Below are positions 25,382-29,919 of a DNA stretch of 29,919 bases, piece by piece; positions within the stretch are counted from its first letter, which is position 1, and each line of letters starts with the position of its first letter. A program made the position numbers and the translations under genes. Under the pieces are notes generated by a model. The model was not told where the DNA came from. It worked only from the letters and a program-made list of their open reading frames with translations, and did not search any database. Source of the stretch: a virus (lineage: Duplodnaviria; Caudoviricetes). The stretch lies in IMG/VR virus record IMGVR_UViG_3300020044_009153, positions 1-29,919 of that record. The stretch is one strand, 5' to 3'.

Positions 25382-25819
25382 TTAGCCGCGGAAAGGCGAG
25401 AACTTGATGGTGAACTGTTCGCCGGCGTTAGAGGTTTCGGTCATCGCAGAACCGACAACCCAGTTGCCAGCAGCGAGCGCGCCAGTGGCAGTCTGGAAGC
25501 GACCCGTCGAATCGCAGCTAACGACAGTACCAGGAAGAATCGCAGCGCCAGCGAGCGCGCCATCGAAGCAGCCAGCGAAGGTGTCGTACACCTCGCAGCT
25601 GGTCGCGTAGTCCGGGTAGTTGCCGCTGTCCGAAGCAGCGCCGACGACAACAATGGCAACCGGAAGGTCGTTGATGGAGTTTGCGAGCTCGAGAACAGTA
25701 ACGCCCGCAGCGGCCGTGTCAGTCGCATTGATGGTGAGAAGCTTCCCCTCTGCGCCAGTCAGGTCAGCGTTGATGAGGAACTTGAGAGTCGAACGAGGAT
25801 TGAGGTCAGCGAGAGCCAT
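25382..25819 (-). CDS. head decoration / capsid cement protein (DUF2190-like)
   Basis: 145 aa, A/G-rich, AGAAI.PG..V..D.TGR...A......VVG.A motif; between scaffold and MCP. Confidence 0.7.
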   Translation of the reverse strand: MALADLNPRSTLKFLINADLTGAEGKLLTINATDTAAAGVTVLELANSINDLPVAIVVVGAASDSGNYPDYATSCEVYDTFAGCFDGALAGAAILPGTVVSCDSTGRFQTATGALAAGNWVVGSAMTETSNAGEQFTIKFSPFRG

Positions 25820-25860
25820 GATTTACTCCAAAGGAGGAGACTCCGAAGAGTCGGGTTTGA

Positions 25861-27069
25861 TTAGAGAGAGGTGAACTTCGCAGTGGCGCGCTTCTCTTCG
25901 ACAGCGGCCGGAGCCTTCCCGTCGCGAATCCAGCACCAGGCGTCAATCGGGTCGATGCTCTGCGCCTCAGCGAGGTCCGAGATGCACTTGATTTGCTCCG
26001 CGTCCGAAAGGTCGTTCCACTTAGGCATGTTGCCCATGACGTCCGACAGGTTCAGGCTGTTGCCGTTCGTCATGCCAGGAGCGATGGGCGACACAGCGCG
26101 AGGAGCTGCAGCTGCAACCTTCGGTGCAACAGGCGCGAGGTCCGAAAGAAGAGCCTCAAAGGTCGCAGTCTTTCCGGCGACGAGTGCGTCAGTCAGAAGG
26201 GCCTCAGTCGCGCTGCTAACCTTGCGGCCGGCAATCGCGCTCTTGACCTTCTCCGATGCGGCCGAACGCTTCACGCGATTGAGCTCGGCACGAAGCGAAG
26301 CAATCTCCGAAAGAGGAGCCTCCGCGTCAGCCTTCTCAATCTCCTCGTCTTCCTTCTTCGCCTCCACTTCGATGGAGACCTCCTCGAGCTTCGGAGCCTC
26401 TGCCATCGCAGCAGCCGAAACCATCTTCAGGAGCTCTTCGACCTTCGCCTGGTCAAGCCCCAGCTCATTGCAATACGCGCCCATCATGTCTGCAAACTTC
26501 ATGGTGTTTCCTTCCGAAAGGGATACCCCGCGCATCTCTGCGACGGGTACCTGTTGAGTCTTAATCTGTGGCACCGTGACGAAACTGACTTCTCCGATTC
26601 CGAACGGGAACCGCCTGTCTGTTTCCGTCGATGCGCCTGCGCGAATGTTCGGAGAGATGTACGGCACCTCCCCGGCATCAAAGCGCGCAGCCCACTCCGG
26701 ACTGGTCACGTCCAGACCGCCGTAAATCATCCGCGACGCAGGCTGTTTGATGCCAAGCTTCGCAGCCTCTCCAGCACTCAGAACGCGAATCGCCCGGAGG
26801 TATCCTGCGGCCGTCCCGTCCTTCACATGCTCTACCGCAATCGGAGGAGCGAACTCCTGCAGCCAGTCTTCCAGCGACGACACGACATCATCAAACCGGA
26901 ACTTCAGCTTGTCGGGGTCCGTCTTTGCAGCTGCAAGGTCCCACACGGTACCATGCGCGTGAATCTTCCCCTCTGGAAGCAGAGACACCCAGCGAAGGGC
27001 ACCATCGTCTCCAAGGTTGACCTCGTTCGTCCGGATGCGGGGACGATTATGTGAGCTGTGCTTCGACAT
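25861..27069 (-). CDS. prohead protease/scaffold (Mu gpI-like)
   Basis: W..LLPEG, IAVEH...G.AAGY, YISP, SFVTVP.IK motifs, then an acidic coiled-coil scaffold region. Confidence 0.8.
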   Translation of the reverse strand: MSKHSSHNRPRIRTNEVNLGDDGALRWVSLLPEGKIHAHGTVWDLAAAKTDPDKLKFRFDDVVSSLEDWLQEFAPPIAVEHVKDGTAAGYLRAIRVLSAGEAAKLGIKQPASRMIYGGLDVTSPEWAARFDAGEVPYISPNIRAGASTETDRRFPFGIGEVSFVTVPQIKTQQVPVAEMRGVSLSEGNTMKFADMMGAYCNELGLDQAKVEELLKMVSAAAMAEAPKLEEVSIEVEAKKEDEEIEKADAEAPLSEIASLRAELNRVKRSAASEKVKSAIAGRKVSSATEALLTDALVAGKTATFEALLSDLAPVAPKVAAAAPRAVSPIAPGMTNGNSLNLSDVMGNMPKWNDLSDAEQIKCISDLAEAQSIDPIDAWCWIRDGKAPAAVEEKRATAKFTSL

Positions 27070-27194
27070 GCCGACATCCTGCACGCCCTTTCTTTGCACT
27101 GAAAGTCTTTGTTTGTCGCTTTATCCTCCACTAGTGTTGCGTTCGCCGCACTACTGCAATCCTATCTGCAGTGCGGTATTCTTTTGGAGGAACC

Positions 27195-27446
27195 ATGGAC
27201 CAGTCAGCACTATCGAAAAGACAAAAGGCGCTCCTTGACGAGCTCCATCGCTGTCACGCGGTCGGATTCCACCCGTCTCCCAGAACCCTCGCAGCCCGCA
27301 TCGGCTACTTCGGAGACAAAGCCGTCCGGTCTGAGCTGATGCAACTCTTCATTGAAGGTCACATCACTCAAATCTTCAAAGGCATCGGCTCGAGGTCCAA
27401 CAGGTACATCCTCAAAGGATGCGCCTGCGAGGTCTGCAGCCTCTAG
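27195..27446 (+). CDS. small winged-HTH protein resembling the LexA DNA-binding domain, with C-terminal CxCxxC
   Basis: RBS GGAGG; LSKRQKALL...GFHPSPRTLA..IG....AV...L..L...GHI; no peptidase domain. Confidence 0.65.
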   Translation: MDQSALSKRQKALLDELHRCHAVGFHPSPRTLAARIGYFGDKAVRSELMQLFIEGHITQIFKGIGSRSNRYILKGCACEVCSL

Positions 27447-28945
27447 TCGTACAGCCCGATGTAACCGCAGCGGCAGCGGCCTGCGCCACCTAGACAGTCT
27501 GGGTCTGGAAGCGGAGGCAGCACAAGGTCAGTGCCCACGACGAAGTCACGGACGTTGTACTCTTTGCCGTCCATGGATTCGCAGACATCGCAGCGGTCCG
27601 CGTCATTGATGCTAGAACGGATGACACGGTCAGGAACCAGCGGTGCCAGACCAGAAGAGGCCAGCGCCGCAGGAGTCTGTGCGTACCCTGCCGCACGCGA
27701 TGCGCTCTCCACCATGTTGCGCGGCTGGAGCGTGCTGGTCATCAGCCCGGCAGTGGTAATCCGAGTCTTGAACTTAGACATGTCAGCGCCACCCAGAAGC
27801 GCCTGCTCCACTTCGCCCTGGACACGGTCCGTCACAATCTCTGCGGCCTTCTGCGTTGCAGCTGCAGCCAGCGCAAACTGCTGGTCAGCAGCAGCCTGGA
27901 ACGACTTCACTGCATCGTCGATTTCAGCAGACGGCTTTGCAGTAACGCCGAGGCCAGAACGCGCAGTCAGCTTCGCCTCATCGACGACGCTTTCAATCAC
28001 GTTCTTCCGCAGCTCACTGGCTCCAGTCGTCAGTGCAACAGAGTAGAGCTGAAGGTACTTATTGTAAATCGCGTCACGCTCTCCGGCCTGCCATCCATCG
28101 GCCAGACCTGCAATCACGGCTGCGCGATGCTCATCGGCAATCGCCAGAATCGCAGCCGTCAGCAGTTCGTCCAATACCGCGCGGCTGTCAGCCAGCGATA
28201 CCCAGCTCACAACCTTCTCCTCCGGGCGGAGAGGCCGGTAGTTCACGAACTCTTTGCCATCGCCTCCGACGACGAGGAAGCCTTCGCCTTCGCCGTCCGA
28301 AAGGTCACCTGCGCCAGCCTTTGACCTGTCAGACAGACGCGACGCGCGACGATGAGCGCCCTGCGCGTACTCCATCAGAAGAGAGCGCACCCAGCGACGG
28401 CCGGCATCGCCTCCGCGCAGCTGGTACGCGTGATACGAAGGACCGCCAGACTTGAACGACTTCGTCTCCACCTGACGCGGGTACTCACGACCGAAGTACT
28501 CTGCGAGCTTCATCACGCGACGCCAGGACAAACGCTTTCCGCCTGCGAGGTCACGCGCAATCAGCAGCGCTTCCGTGTCAGTCGTCCGACCCTTCGCGAT
28601 GAGACGATGCGCCTCGAGCGCGGCAGCTGCGACCTCCATCACATCAGTCGGCACCAGACTGTCCGGAGCCTCAGACATCGACGCGACCAGAAGCGTCGCT
28701 TCATCGGCCATGTCGTCAGATGCGTTGTCTAGCTCTGCCACCTTCCGCTTCGCCCATGCTGCGCCAGCGTCGCCGCCCCAGAGGTCCCACGCGATGCGAC
28801 CCGCAGACGGGAAGCCTGCCTCTCCATCGTTGAAGCCCTCCGCGTCTTTGTCCACCGCATGACGAGCGAAGTAAGAGGCCATCCGGCGAACCGTATCTTC
28901 AGACAGGTTCTTCTTATTCTTGATGTCACGCGCTGTGGCAGTACG
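27443..28945 (-). CDS. MuF (gpF)-like head morphogenesis region; probably the C-terminal part of a larger gene broken at ~28930
   Basis: C-terminal D.DRC.VC..MDG...P.P.C....CRC; frame stays open upstream of ATG 28882 (ARDIKNKKNLSEDTVRRM) until TGA at 28946-28948. Confidence 0.7.
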   Translation of the reverse strand, partial: RTATARDIKNKKNLSEDTVRRMASYFARHAVDKDAEGFNDGEAGFPSAGRIAWDLWGGDAGAAWAKRKVAELDNASDDMADEATLLVASMSEAPDSLVPTDVMEVAAAALEAHRLIAKGRTTDTEALLIARDLAGGKRLSWRRVMKLAEYFGREYPRQVETKSFKSGGPSYHAYQLRGGDAGRRWVRSLLMEYAQGAHRRASRLSDRSKAGAGDLSDGEGEGFLVVGGDGKEFVNYRPLRPEEKVVSWVSLADSRAVLDELLTAAILAIADEHRAAVIAGLADGWQAGERDAIYNKYLQLYSVALTTGASELRKNVIESVVDEAKLTARSGLGVTAKPSAEIDDAVKSFQAAADQQFALAAAATQKAAEIVTDRVQGEVEQALLGGADMSKFKTRITTAGLMTSTLQPRNMVESASRAAGYAQTPAALASSGLAPLVPDRVIRSSINDADRCDVCESMDGKEYNVRDFVVGTDLVLPPLPDPDCLGGAGRCRCGYIGLYD

Positions 28946-29919
28946 TCATTCTGGATGCGTTCATGGGTTTCGGCCTGATGCTCCCGCGTCTGCTCGAGGG
29001 GAATTCTGTTGAGTGGTACCCGGTCGCTCATTCGTCGGTGATGCTGTGGGACCCAGAGCCGCAGAGCTACTTCCTGCGTGGCGTGAAGTTCTCCACGGGT
29101 CAGGGGTACGCGAACGTCCCAGCTGCGGACCTCGTTCATGTCGTCCACGGCACAGCGACTGCCGGTGAGTGGGAAGGCCGCAGCATCCTTCGTTCGCTGC
29201 TGCAGCCGTATGAGCTGTGGAAGCAGACGGCGCTCAACGCTGGTATCTACAACCAGATGAGCTGGGGCTTCTTGGATGTCGCTTACGACCCATCGGTATC
29301 GACTGACGACATTGAGGCGATGAACACGCTGGCCGGCCAGTTCCAGGACGGCGTGCGGAAGTACATCCTTCGTCCGCGGTCTGTTGACGTGGAGATGAAG
29401 TATCCGAAGGGCGCAGGCCCTGATGTCATCGGGCAGCTCACCTATTACGACACACTCATCCAGCGGATGCTGAACGACAATCTGGCCGGCATTGGTCAGT
29501 TCGGTTCGCGTGCGATGGCAGAGACGGTTGACGATGCGGCAGGCCGTCGCGCGAAGGCATGGGTTGATGGCATCTTTGAGCGCGCATCGACTGGCATGTT
29601 CGGCTGGCTGGCGAAGGCGCATGGATACGAAGGCAAGCTTCCCATCCTGCGGTCGCAGTCGGCGGAGCTGACGACGGGTCTGGACGGATGGGCTGCGTAT
29701 GTCCAGGGCGTGCAGGCTGGTCTTCTGACGAAGGGACCAGACGACGAAGCATGGGCGCGGAATGTCATCGGCGCTCCAGAGATGACGGAACAGAAGAGCG
29801 AGGACAAACCCGCTTCACTTCTGGTCGGTTCGCTGCAGGTCGCGCAGCAGGTCCTTCTGTCGTTGCAACCCAGTCCGACCCAGCCTGTTCCTCTCGCACC
29901 GGAGGCGGCATTCCTGCTG
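28924..29919 (+). CDS. portal protein fragment (DUF935 / Mu gp29-like), inverted relative to the head module; runs off the window
   Basis: Stop-free 332-codon frame missing from the ORF track: LWQYVILDAFMGFG...EGRSILRSLLQPYELWKQ...YYDTLIQR...GSRAMAE...EAWARNVIGAP. Confidence 0.7.

Noticed and set aside
24398-27054. Long + strand ORFs (304, 228, 353 aa) opposite capsid and protease; likewise 2301..3272, 6933..7751 and 28729..29622 on minus
   Set aside because: Antisense shadows expected in GC-rich coding DNA; no motifs, and they overlap well-supported genes.
1-29919. Frequent CTGCAG/GCTGCAGC
   Set aside because: Plausibly explained by Leu-Gln and Ala-Ala codon pairs; cannot be called enriched without a codon-aware null.
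1-29919. Alternative genetic code / stop reassignment
   Set aside because: Genes tile densely under the standard code, and TAA, TAG and TGA are all used as coupled stops.

Overview
About 30 kb of a GC-rich (roughly 60%) tailed dsDNA phage, probably siphovirus-like because no sheath gene is evident. The + strand arm (1-11308) is early/replication-recombination: a 5'-truncated DUF927/P-loop helicase-like gene, YqaJ-type exonuclease, RecT, an HNH protein, an HTH protein, a RuvC-like resolvase and many small ORFans. The - strand arm (11370-28945) is morphogenesis and lysis: MuF-like head protein, protease/scaffold, decoration protein, major capsid, neck genes, tail tube, tail chaperones with a -1 frameshift site, tape measure, tail-tip genes, a CHAP endolysin and three membrane proteins. 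A small LexA-like wHTH gene sits antisense inside the head module. The last ~1 kb is a portal-like reading frame on the opposite strand, joined at ~28930 (inversion or chimera). Notable non-coding signals: two covarying anticodon-less tRNA-elbow-like RNA elements on stop codons between exo and recT, anti-RBS hairpins, a 10-bp-period repeat array, and no GATC found by eye in the whole window. All product calls come from motif recognition and synteny, not database searches.
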